Assembly (NCBI GenBank): GCA_002269645.1
Contig: NIVC01001902.1
Coordinates: forward strand, 62,001-126,000
DNA: 64,000 bases
Direction of reading: 5' to 3'
DNA from: Macrostomum lignano
Lineage: Eukaryota
Shown here: positions 51,051 to 63,369 of the stretch, one piece after another
How positions within the stretch are numbered: position 1 is the first letter of the stretch
Layout of the letters: each line of letters opens with the position of its first letter
The notes under the pieces: generated by a model
What the model was told of the DNA's origin: nothing
Database searches by the model: none
Seen by the model: only the letters and a program-made list of their open reading frames with translations
Translations under genes and position numbers: made by a program

Positions 51051-54000
51051 TCTGCTTTCTCTCAGCATTGCGTGCAACATTGTGTGCAGCATTCTGCTCG
51101 TTCAATGGAAGAGAAATGACTTGAAATAATTTTATATACAATCGGTGGATGATGATGTGGAGCAGCTTCTCCCAGATTACAGTCCAGTCCTGCAAGATTT
51201 TATATAAACCAGACCTAAGCTCCGAGCTAAGAACGGAAAACTGTAGATTGAGATTGACTATCTGCAAAATGGATTTATATGGTGCCAGTAATGTAAGTTC
51301 CCATTATTCTGACACATGAAAAACTACGATTACTCCTAATGCACAACTGCAATGAAATTGCCATGTTGTCGCTTCTAAACGTATATATATCTCATAAAAT
51401 ATGCCACATTATGAATTCACCAACCATGTTGGTAATTTTGGCATTAAATTTAATCTTAGAAGCATTGTGATCATTTTTAAATCAAATTTTAATCAGTATT
51501 GGTGCTTCTTATTGAGCATATAAATGTATCTGAAATACAATTTGAAAATTCTGGTTGAGGCGATTTTTGACACGCGAATTTTTTCAGTTTTCAGCCTTTT
51601 ATTATACAAAATACTTTACAAATACATTACAATTGGTTTTTAATTGAGTTTCTCATTCAATTTTACCTAATTTAAATCGAAATTGCTACTTACCAAATTG
51701 ATACCTGCAATAAGATATATTTAAAAGAGCATAATATATCATATTGAAAGTCAGTATGAGAGTTGAGGTATAAGTGTTTTAATTTTTCCTCAATTTTCCA
51801 TATAAATCTGGCTGCAATATCAGTAATAAATATTGATATCCTGAGAAATCTTATATTGCTTAGAAATGAAAACTTATATTTAGATTGCTTGTTTCAGCTA
51901 CCAGTAATGATAAGCTATTTATTTAAACGATGTAACCCTTTGGACTCTTTCAGTAAATTCAATTCAGTTAATGGAATTCCCGTATTGATTTATTAGTTAT
52001 GATAATGATTATTATGACAGTTAAGATGTTTTATTTCTACTTTCAAAGAAATAGAAGAAAGAAGAAGAAAGCAAGAAACAAATAAGCAAGCACAAAGAAA
52101 ATCTACGGACTAATAGCTTAAATTTTTTATACATCGCGTAGCCGTAGCGTGGTATTGTAGCTGAGCGCAATAAATAATGTCAATTAATTCTCCGTTTAGG
52201 AAGTCAAAATCATTCGGTGTAATCAAAATTTAACATATTAACAAATACGCAGTCTTATTTAATCGAAAAAAGACATTAGTTAAATGCTAGTTTAGTCGTA
52301 CTATATCTTTATGTTTTTAAGTAAAAATATTTTCTCTAAATATTATATTTAGCATATAAAAATTAGTCTCGTAATTTTCTGACGGTGCAAATAAACAAAT
52401 CAGCTTCTGATTGTAAAATAAAGTGTTTTCTCTGCTTTTATCCATGTTTTCGCAATATATCATCACTACTCTTGTGTTTAACATCGCTGGTTAACTGATT
52501 CCTTTAGAAAAATATTATTTTCACTACTAGTGTCCCAAGTTTTGAGAACGACCCGGTGACAGTCAAAACGGCGACAGTCAATCCGGCGACAATTTGTAGT
52601 AAAAAGCTATTACATGAAAACCGGCTATTGCTATTTAAACAGATTAAAGAGAGCTTTGATTGTTATAATTATTATAATTGTTGTTAACTTTTTTTATTAG
52701 AAAAGACCCTTATTATAATGTATGCATAAAAGCTGTATTTATACAACTCCGAGTTCATTGGAATTTATTGGGTTCAAAATGCGCGGATTTGGATCAACTA
52801 TCAACAGCTTGTTTTCTTAAAATGATGATACATGTACATGTATTGCTTTAAAAATGGGGAACAGCATTAAATAGATGCGTTCTTTTATCCTATATACTAA
52901 AAATGAACTTCGTTAGTTGACCGACTTATATAGGCTCATTTATATAGGCCTACCCATAAAAACATAGAAAAGCAAATAGAAAATAGGGTCTATTTATTTG
53001 ATTTGACTTTTATATCTAAAATGTAGTTTTTATATTTGGTTTTGACATTTTTATATTGATTAGGCCTAAGGACTGTCTCTGGAATAATAGCTAGGGCCTA
53101 ATATTTATTTGTTTATAGTTATTTCTCTACTTTCTTGAGTATCCATTTTACTTACACATAGTTTTACTCTTGATATGGTCATAAAAAGGTGTCTCTTTTA
53201 GTTTTGTCTTATGATCTCCTTTATACAATCTCATTTAAATGATTGTAGAATGAAAAGTGAATATAAAGGCTCCATTTTTGGTTTTGCATGCAATAGGTAC
53301 CATTTTTTGCTTGATATATTGTTTGCAATGAAACAAGAAATAGGCCTACAATTACTATATTACATCTTTTGATAAATTATGTTGCCTTTTTCATCATTTT
53401 AATAGGGATCATAATATAAAACTAAATACAAGTATAATTAGGCATTAAAAGATGAAAGAATAACAATTTTATTATCAAAAGATCTCTTGAATTTTAAAAT
53501 GTTGTTTTTAAATTGACTATTTTTCTTGGACTCAACTCAATTACAAGAAAAGAATTATTGCACTTCATGAGTAAAGATTATTGCACTAGATGAAAAAAGA
53601 TTATTGCAATACTTGAGAAATAGATTATTTCACTAGCTTAGAAAGGAGTTATTATTATTACTCTAGCTAAGGAAATTATTGCAATAGCCTGCTATCTAGG
53701 ACATTCTTGCTATTTAGGAGAGGGGTTTCTATCTAGGTATGCTTGCTCAAGAGGATTGTTGAGATGTCAAGGTTTATTGTGTAAAATTGTTGAGACATCA
53801 AGGCTTACTCTGGGGGGGGATTGCTGAAAGTTCAAGGCTTAGGGGGATTGCTAAGAGGTCAAGGCATATAATGGGATTGCTTAGATGTCAAGGTAAATAG
53901 GTTTCACAAATAATTTTTGTCCCTTGCTAAAAAACATCAATTTTGCAACCTTTACTATTTATACTGACTAGATATTTAATTGAAAGATTTTAAACATGTT

Positions 54001-54250
54001 CAAGTGTGCAGGCATGTTGATTGATTTTGCCATCTATAAGCCATACATTGATCCACATTTTCTCTAATAAGGAGTTCAATAGCAGGACATTTACTATGTG
54101 TGCGAATTGTGTACAAATTGTCAAATATTGACAACAAAATTTCTCTGGGAAAAAAACTTGCCAGAACACACTTGGGGGGATCTCATAGACCCCATTGAAC
54201 ATTTTTTGCCTTTTACAACTATATATGTGTTCCTGCAAGCTGCCGACTCA

Positions 54251-57247
54251 ATGAACCAACAGCAGCAATTGTCTGAGCTGCCTCAGTCACTGCAACTGCA
54301 GCATCAGCAGCATCAGCATCAAGACGATGAGTCTTTATCCCACTCATCCTCTCCATCTCAAGCAATCCGGACTGCTCAATCATCAACCTCAACAAGTGGC
54401 AGATCATCATCCAAGGGTAGCGGTGGCGGTGGCGGATTAAAAGCACTAAAACCGCCAGACAGACCACTGATGCCCTACATGCGATATAGCCAGCGGGTTT
54501 GGGATCAGGTGAGCCAAGTATTTTAGTATTTGACACTCAGATTAAAGTCAGTTTTAGTAGCACATGATTATAATCCCAAATGAATTAGTACATGATTATA
54601 TTCCCAAATGAATTAGTACATGATTATATTCCCAAATGAATTAGTACATGATTATATTTCCAAATGTATTAGTACATGATTATATTCCCAAATGAATTAG
54701 TACATGATTATATTCCCAAATGAATTAGTACATGATTATATTCCCAAATGAATTAGTACATGATTATATTCCCAAATGAATTAGTACATGATTATATTTC
54801 CAAATGAATTAGTACATGATTATAATCCCAAATGAATTAGTACATGATTATATTTCCAAATGAATTAGTACATGATTATAATCCCAAATGAATTAGTACA
54901 TGATTATATTCCCAAATGAATTAGTACATGATTATGTTCCCAAATGAATTAGTACATGATTATATTCCCAAATGTATTAGTACATGATTATATTTCCAAA
55001 TGTATTAGTACATGATTATGTTCCCAAATGTATTAGTACATGATTATATTTCCAAATGTATTGGTACATGATTATATTTCCAAATGTATTGGTACATGAT
55101 TATATTTCCAAATGTATTAGTACATGATTATATTTCCAAATGTATTGGTACATGATTATATTCCCAAATGTATTAGTACATGATTATATTCCCAAATGTA
55201 TTAGTACATGATTATATTCCCAAATGTATTAGTACATGATTATATTCCCAAATGTATTAGTACATGATGGCCTTGATGGAGTGATGGAGTTGTGAGATGA
55301 TGGAGTTGTGAGATGGCCTTGTTGAAGACAATCTAACCACGCTACCCAGTACTGACTGTACATTCCCACACATCAGCCCAAGTCACGTGTTGACATCCTG
55401 ACCTCCCTACCAACCCCTAAAACCAGGTGAAGCAGTCCAATCCTGGCCTGAAATTCTGGGAGGTCGGCCAGGTGATTGGCCGGATGTGGCGGGAACTGGA
55501 CGAAGACTCCAAACAGCAGCTGGCTGCCGAATACGCTGCAGACAAGGCCGCCCACGCAGAGGCCATGGAGCGGTATCGGCAGTCGCCCGAGTACCAGGCC
55601 TGGCTGGCTGCCAAAGAGCGCGAGAAGCAACTATTCGAGCAGCAACAACAGGAGGAGCAGTTGCGGCAGCAGCAACAGCAGCGTCAATCGTTAAAAGAGA
55701 TTTTAGACGCGGCGGATACTTTGCCACTGCCCAGCGGCCCGGTTAGTGTCGGATTACGAGCTAGTTATCTCGCGCTGTTTTAAATTCAAAATTGTTTATT
55801 TTTCTAGGAAACAACATGCTCTTTAATATTTAGTAATCGCCTCTCTCTTTCAAAAAAATGTGTGTTCATTTCTTTCAAGGATTCCGTTGTACATTAATGA
55901 ATCTGTGTCATCGATTTCTTGGAATAAGCTATCGATTTCTTGGATAATCTATTGATTTCTTGAAATAAGCTATCGATTTCCTAAAATAAGCTATCCATTT
56001 CTTGGAATAAGCTATCGATTTCCTAAAATAAGCTATCGATTTCTTGAAATAAGCTATCGATATTTTGAATAAAGCTATCGATATTTTGAATAAAGCTATC
56101 GTTTTCTTGGAATAAACTATCGATTTCTTGGAATAAGCTATCATTTCTTGGAATAAGCTATCGATTTCTTGGAATAAGCTATCGATTTTTTGGGGAAAAC
56201 TATCGATTTCTTGGAATTATCTGTCGATTTCTGTGAAATCATTCATTCTTTTAATTTCTTCCTCCAGCTAAACTTAATGCAACTCGATGCTTATAATGTT
56301 ACTTTCAGCCCCAGCTTCATCTGCAGCTTCCTGTTCAGCAGGCGGCGTCCGTCGCTTCTGTCGCCGAGCAGCCTCCAAAAGTCGTCGCTGACAACAAAGA
56401 CCTCCTCAAACAGGAGCGCCACGTTGCCGATGGCAGCTACAAAGATTTTAACGATGATTTCGACAACAACGACGACGACGGTAGCGATGAAGCCCGCAGC
56501 ATCCGACGCGAGGCGGCCAGCCGCTACCGGCGGAACCACCGCCTGCTCATGCAGCTGCTGTCGCCAGACTGTTGCCTCCCGTCGCTGCCGCCGCCGTCGC
56601 CGCAGGCTCTGCTAGCCGCAATGTCGCCGCATCGGCTTCACCAGCAGTTCCTGTTGGAGCGTCGGCTCTTGACCGCCGCGCACGAGCTGCGCCAGCTGGA
56701 GTCGGCCGGCGAGTCCCGACTGCGCCGGTTCCGCGCTCTGGCCGACGCCCACGCCGCCGCCTGGTCGGCCGTTCCTAGCGCCGTTCCTAGCGCCGATTCT
56801 GGCGCCAGCAGCGGCGGCGCCGTCCGGTTCATCGGCGAAACTGTCGGTCCGGCCAGCCCGCCGCCACCGCCGCCGCAGCCTCCGCAGCAGCCGCATCAAA
56901 CCATGCCGCCGCCGCCAGCCCCGTCGTCGCAGCTGCAGTCTTCAAAAGCTTCGTCAACAACGCCGAAGCGGCAGCCGAAAGCCAAAACTGCTGCTGCTGC
57001 TGCTGTTGCCGGAGGCGGAAGCGGCCGGGCAAAACCGGGCAGGAAGCGGGCCCAGCCTCCGCCGCCGCCGCCGCCGCCTCCGCCCCAGCCGCAGCAGCAG
57101 CAGGTGCAGCTGTCGCTGTATCGACAGGCGCCGCCGTCGGTCTCTGGCCAACTGCCGGTCGCGGCTGCTCCGGCAGCTCAGCCTCTGTTCCAGTCGGGCC
57201 AGCAGCTGTTCCAGTCCACTCAGTCTGGCGTGGTGTCTCTGGCTATT

Positions 57248-57279
<32 letters not shown>

Positions 57280-57301
57280 GCAGCATTTTCACCTACAATA
57301 G
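54251..57301 (+). CDS. SMARCE1: SWI/SNF subunit SMARCE1/BAF57 (HMG box, NHRLI domain, coiled coil); exons 54251-54508, 55427-55741, 56309-57301; 521 aa
   Basis: KPPDRPLMPYMRYSQRVWDQ|VKQSNPGLKFWEVGQVIGRMWRELDEDSKQ...YRQSPEYQAWLAAK and ASRYRRNHRLLMQLL are signature BAF57 segments; phase 0 junctions with GT/AG. Confidence 0.93.
54560..55267. repeat. 28-bp minisatellite cccaaatgaattagtacatgattatatt in the first SMARCE1 coding-region intron
   Basis: Read directly. Confidence 0.95.
55910..56225. repeat. 21-bp minisatellite aataagctatcgatttcttgg in the second SMARCE1 coding-region intron
   Basis: Read directly. Confidence 0.92.
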
Positions 57302-57384
57302 TCAAAGCTTTCATATCCATACTCAGATTTTATAATTTTCTCTAGATTAATTGAAAATTCAAACCATTAGTCTATCGTAGTTTT

Positions 57385-57425
57385 TAGATAGACAGATAGA
57401 TAGATAGATAGATAGATAGACAGAC

Positions 57426-57481
<56 letters not shown>

Positions 57482-57538
57482 GGATAGATATATAGATAGA
57501 TAGATAGATAGATAGATAGATGGATAGATAGATAGATG

Positions 57539-57573
<35 letters not shown>

Positions 57574-57616
57574 GGAAAGATAGATAGATAGATAGATGGA
57601 AAGATAGATAGATAGG

Positions 57617-57677
<61 letters not shown>

Positions 57678-57678
57678 G

Positions 57679-57729
<51 letters not shown>

Positions 57730-57782
57730 GGATAGATATATAGATAGATAGATAGATAGATAGATGGATAGATAGATAGATG

Positions 57783-57837
<55 letters not shown>

Positions 57838-57838
57838 G

Positions 57839-57917
<79 letters not shown>

Positions 57918-57936
57918 GGAAAGATAGATAGATAGG

Positions 57937-58005
<69 letters not shown>

Positions 58006-58024
58006 GGAAAGATAGATAGATAGG

Positions 58025-58085
<61 letters not shown>

Positions 58086-58086
58086 G

Positions 58087-58149
<63 letters not shown>

Positions 58150-58158
58150 GGATGGATG

Positions 58159-58217
<59 letters not shown>

Positions 58218-58260
58218 GGATGGATGGATGGATAGATAGATAGATAAGTAGATAGATAGG
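57385..58260. repeat. (GATA)n microsatellite
   Basis: Read directly. Confidence 0.97.
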
Positions 58261-58669
58261 TCGACAGTTAGACAGATAAATAAACTAGAATCGAACCCAT
58301 TCTAATTCCATGCGTCAATACTTCCGCTTTAGTTCATTTGCGTTTATATTTTTGAAGTTGTTAAGATTCTCTGTTTCTATTGCCAAAGAGTTCTTTGCTA
58401 TTAGTTAAAATGCCTAATTCTAAATTTCTAGTTCTGAGGGTAAACTTTTGCGTTATCTTGTTTTGGCTAGCCAGTATCGATTTAATCGAATAAAACTCAG
58501 CTCACGTGCCAGCTAAAAATTTCACGTTTTAGATTCTGATTTTTGTAACACCTCACTGCAGTGCTAACAGTTACTCGATGTGGAGCTTCATGGTATCGAG
58601 ATTTGTATCCATGCTAACAATTCATTACATTTGCTAATTACGATGTCACTTATTTTCTCATCCATTGAG

Positions 58670-59720
58670 CATAGATTAGCAATCCATGGTATAGCTCTTC
58701 ATCTATTGGGCATAGATTAGCAATCCATGATGTACTTTCTCATCCATGGGGCATAAATTAGCAATCCATGATGTACTGCCTCATCCATTGGGCATAGATT
58801 AGCAATCCATGATGTACTGCCTCATCCATTGGGCATAGATTAGCAATCCATGATGTACTGCCTCATCCATTGGGCATAGATTAGCAATCCATGATGTACT
58901 GCCTCATCCATTGGGCATAGATTAGCAATCCATGATGTACTGCCTCATCCATTGGGCATAGATTAGCAATCCATGATGTACTTTCTCATCCATTGGGCAT
59001 AGATTAGCAATCCATGATGAACTTTCTCATCCATGGGGCATAGATTAGCAATCCATGATGAACTTTCTCATCCATGGGGCATAGATTAGCAATCCATGAT
59101 GTACTGCCTCATCCATTGGGCATAGATTAGCAATCCATGATGTACTGCCTCATCCATTGGGCATAGATTAGCAATCCATGATGTACTGCCTCATCCATTG
59201 GGCATAGATTAGCAATCCATGATGTACTGCCTCATCCATTGGGCATAGATTAGCAATCCATGATGAACTTTCTCATCCATGGGGCATAGATTAGCAATCC
59301 ATGATGTACTGCCTCATCCATTGGGCATAGATTAGCAATCCATGATGTACTGCCTCATCCATTGGGCATAGATTAGCAATCCATGATGTACTGCCTCATC
59401 CATTGGGCATAGATTAGCAATCCATGATGTACTGTCTCATCCATTGGGCATAGATTAGCAATCCATGATGTACTGCCTCATCCATTGGGCATAGATTAGC
59501 AATCCATGATGTACTGCCTCATCCATTGGGCATAGATAAGCAATCCATGATGAACTGCCTCATCCATTGGGCATAGATAAGCAATCCATGATGTACTTCT
59601 TCACCCATTGGGCATAGATTAGCAATCCATGATGTACTTTCTCATCCATTGGGCATAGATTAGCAATCCATGGTATAGCTCCTCATCTATTGAGCATAGA
59701 TTAGCAATCCATGATGTAGT
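58670..59720. repeat. 41-bp minisatellite agattagcaatccatgatgtactgcctcatccattgggcat
   Basis: Read directly; about 25 copies. Confidence 0.96.
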
Positions 59721-60269
59721 TGAGCAGAAACTGGTCCAGCTACAGTCACAGAGCTTCCATCAAGCAGGCTCGCTAAAATTCATCATAAATTTCATAATAA
59801 ATTTAAGTGGCTTAATTCCAGAGCTTCTAGATTTTATCGATGTATTGAGAAATTTTTGAGTAGACTATCGGTTATATGTTTACTAATTGTTTAAACTGAC
59901 TAGCGCTTCCAATAGCCAAGCATTGGCCACGATTTCTTGTTTCATTTCTCTTCACTACATTCAATATTTTGCCAATTGTTTTGTTGTCAACTTTTTGTTA
60001 GTTATTAATTAACAATTATTAGTTTGTCAGTATTTTTCATCGCTGCAATATTTTTTCATATCTCCCTAACTCTGTTTTGCCTTCCACAGAAATTTATGCA
60101 TGCCAAATTTCCCTAGAATACAAAATTAAAAGCTCAGTTTAGATTATTAAATTTCTCTAATGCTGCAACTTTGTTCTTTGATTTTGCTGATGCAGACTGT
60201 TTCTGCATCAGAGACTAAAATAGATATATTCTTTTTTGTCTTGCTTTTATTTTTCTGTTCTGCTTTGTG

Positions 60270-60585
60270 TCATCAGGATAGGAGTACTTTGTGTCATCTA
60301 AATAAGAGTACATTGTGTCATCTAAATAAGAGTACATTGTCATCAGAATAGAAGTACATTGTGTCATCTAAATAGAAGTAGATTGTCATCAGAATAGAAG
60401 TACATTGTGTCATCTAAATAGGAGTACATTGTCATCAGAATAGAAGTACATTGTGTCATCTAAATAGGAGTACATTGTCATCAGAATAGAAGTACATTGT
60501 GTCATCTAAATAGGAGTAGATTGTGTCATCAGAATAGGAGTACATTGTGTCTCCTATAGGTCATCTAAATAGGAGTAGATTGTCA
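60270..60585. repeat. 22-24-bp minisatellite tagaagtacattgt(gt)catc
   Basis: Read directly. Confidence 0.88.
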
Positions 60586-61429
60586 GAATATAAGAGGAGC
60601 ACGACTAAAGTGCTTTCGAGGCGTCCCTGGGCATCCTGCATGATCACAAGTCCAGGGCACCGGAAGGACTAGAATGATGAATAGATCGAGCTCGACTGAG
60701 TTGCTTGCTATGTCTGTCTTGAAGACAAGAGACACTAATTGCATTGCATGAGATGCATTGCTTTACTCGTAATTAGACCTGCTAGACTCGCCCCAAATTT
60801 TGTTTTGTTATTGTCCCCGGGGGCAGCAGCAGCTTCAAATATGCGAGCAACTAGTTGGTTTGCTTAAAAGAAACCAAATTCGCAATCTACTTTTAAACAG
60901 GGCTGTTTTGCTAACCTACCATTTGTGTGCCAGTTAGTTTGCAGGGCGTCAAATAAAACTCCAACTCCGTTAGCCTTGAGCACACAGATATATAAGTACA
61001 TGTACGCAGGCACGCTCTATCGATGGATGTACAGCCGTCCTGACTCTCCTATCGTCAGGCAGTGTACACTCTCTATGCCTCGGGCGGGCTGGCCAACATG
61101 GAATGGAATTGTGCAACGAACCCCGGGCCAAATTATTGTGGCCGGGCCTGGAGAGTCGACCCTGAGTACTTCGGTACAAGTGTCAGACTTTTATGAGCCA
61201 TTGGCACAGCATCACCGAGAAAGAAAGAGACAGTGAGGAGGGGGCACAGTGCGAATCTTGCGCTAACTTGAAGTGCATCTGAGAATTTTCCATTTAGAAT
61301 TGTTTACCGCACTCGGAATTGGAAAATTCCACAGGCCATGCAGCCCCTTCAATTTCAATGGAATAAAAAAGTGGTCCGATGCGGATACCACAGAGAGACG
61401 CGATGCGAGATGAGTGCGGGCACAATCTG

Positions 61430-61558
61430 TATAAATAGGATAGAAGTTGAGAGTAGAAATGCGCCGCTATAAACTGGTTAAAGAACTGTTTTAAGCGGAC
61501 TGCTCACTACCGGCACTGCTGCGCTGCTTTCTGCTAATCGCTGCTAACAACAGAGGAG
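61430..61558 (+). promoter_or_regulatory. TATA box and probable non-coding first exon upstream of the VLIG module
   Basis: tataaata at 61430-61437, donor GTAGGT at 61559, T-rich intron, acceptor atcgcag ending at 61701. Confidence 0.45.
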
Positions 61559-61899
61559 GTAGGTGAAACTTTTGAATTTTTTTCTTTTTGATTATGTTTT
61601 TTTATTTCCGACTGATTTTGATCAAAATATCGGTTTATATTCTAACAAATTCGAACTTGGAAGAACTTGAAAGATGATTCATTTTTGCTGTGTAATCGCA
61701 GAGCTTCATGACCTCTGATCATGCAGCGACTTTGTCTCACAACCAGCACTGAGGCAACTCTGCCCATTCCGCTGGACTCCTAAGGACATACAAGCGCGCC
61801 GATACTGTACGCAGGCACGCACTCATACACACGCTCACACAGGGTGTACAGCGGCCCTTTGACTTTCTAATCGTCAGGCTTGATGTCCTGCTGCCCCAG

Positions 61900-62598
61900 A
61901 GTCGTGGCGCCGAGAAAAGGCCTTTAGCAAACAACTTACCAAAGTGCTTTGCAAATCTTCTGATGCTAGGAGTTCCTCTTGAGATTCTCGACGGCGACGC
62001 TGGAAACATCCCGTCTGCCTGGATCTCTGCTATCCTCAACAGCTGCCAGGAGCTGGTCGGTGACAAGAAGATCTACGTTATCTCCGTGCTCGGTCTGCAG
62101 AGCTCAGGCAAGTCCACTCTGCTCAACACCATGTTCGGACTGAAGTTCGCAGTGAGCGCAGGTCGCTGCACTCGAGGCGCATTTCTGCAGCTGGTTCCGG
62201 TGGAGTCGGGAATGCCGTTCGACTATGTCGCTGTGCTCGACACCGAGGGTCTTAGAGCTCCGGAGCTGGGTCTGGACAAGCATCACCATGACAACGAGCT
62301 GGCTACACTGGTCCTCGGACTGGGCGACGTGACCATCATCAACATCAAAGGAGAGAACGCTGCGGAGATAAATGAGATTCTGCAGGTTGCGATTCACGCC
62401 TTCATCAGGATGAAAATGGCAAAGAAAGATCGAGATCTGCACAGACACTGCATCTTCATACACCAGAATGTAGCAGCGGCTGGAGCAGAAGAGATGATGC
62501 AGGAAGCGACATTTTGTAACTTTGTAACGTTCTACCTTTTGCTTAATATGCCCGCACTCTTTATAAAGTTTAGTTACATCTGCAATACCATGTTTTAG
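61900..62598 (+). CDS. Very large inducible GTPase (GVIN1/URG4-like), GTPase module only; possibly a fragment or pseudogene
   Basis: LPKCFANLLMLGVPLEILDGDAGNIP...VISVLGLQSSGKSTLLNTMFGLKFAVSAGRCTRGAFLQL...VLDTEGLRAPEL...HDNELATLVLGLGDVTIINIKGEN...FIHQNV. Family-like sequence spans about 61933-62503; first ATG at 61963; no stops inside. Confidence 0.85.
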   Translation, partial: SRGAEKRPLANNLPKCFANLLMLGVPLEILDGDAGNIPSAWISAILNSCQELVGDKKIYVISVLGLQSSGKSTLLNTMFGLKFAVSAGRCTRGAFLQLVPVESGMPFDYVAVLDTEGLRAPELGLDKHHHDNELATLVLGLGDVTIINIKGENAAEINEILQVAIHAFIRMKMAKKDRDLHRHCIFIHQNVAAAGAEEMMQEATFCNFVTFYLLLNMPALFIKFSYICNTMF

Positions 62599-63061
62599 TT
62601 CTGATGCCAGCTATTGAAAAGCTTATGTACTTTCATGTAAGTTAATTTAACAACTTAGTGATTATCTAAAAGGAACAAATATTAATGAATTCGCTAATTA
62701 CCTGTACTACTGATCAATTCAATAGTAACTGCACTATAATTTTAATCCAACCATAGCCTACTGTACACTCATATGTGCTCAACAGTTTCCTTGATTACTA
62801 ATCTAATACTACGAGTATCATCTCACTTCAAAACGAGTCCTAATTCGGGTGTTTCTATCTGTTTATTTGGTTTTATTTATTTCTTTGTATTCCTTGAATT
62901 ATGAAGTACGTAAGGTACAGTGTATAATAGTTTTCTTGAAAGCAGTTTATTCGCTATGGATATAGATTTATTAACATTTAGGAAACAAAGTCCGTGTTTT
63001 AATCGATTTTGATGAACCGAAACCATCCCAAAATTAATTTTCAGTTCCTGCTGTTTAATAG

Positions 63062-63197
63062 CCTGAAACAAGTCGATACAGACACATGGCAGAGGGGCAT
63101 TCAAGATGCCCCTGGTGCAGCGAACCGGTTCTCCGTGCTGACTCTCAGAACGCAGCCGGCCTTAGCTGGCACAAACGCTGCCTGCGGCGCGGTAACG
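63062..63197 (+). CDS. Exon encoding a LIM-type first zinc finger (C-x2-C-x17-H-x2-C)
   Basis: PETSRYRHMAEGHSRCPWCSEPVLRADSQNAAGLSWHKRCLRRGN. Acceptor tttaatag, ATG at 63086, donor GTAAGT at 63198. Confidence 0.55.
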
Positions 63198-63369
63198 GTA
63201 AGTGAACCAACGATCGTGGCAGTCTGACCAGTTACGAGCTAGCTTTTATATCATACCGCACACTTTTGCCTACACCTGCATATTTAATGCGCAGCACTTT
63301 ATAAAAATTCTGAATCTGTAAGAGGTCACTGTTTTTGTTATTTTACATTTGGATAGTTACTGACTTCGT

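Larger units (their letters stand above)
48876..52554. mobile_element. 3.68-kb TIR DNA transposon, non-autonomous or decayed, Sola2-like termini
   Basis: Perfect 18-bp TIR gggtcgttctcaaaactt (48876-48893) and aagttttgagaacgaccc (52537-52554); 4-bp TSD ggtg on both sides; no intact transposase ORF. The superfamily call is inferred from GRG termini plus a 4-bp TSD. Confidence 0.75.

Noticed and set aside
61750-61752. Selenocysteine or readthrough TGA extending the VLIG ORF from ATG 61708
   Set aside because: The upstream peptide shows no family similarity, the context (TGA-G) is not a typical readthrough signal, and no SECIS was recognised.
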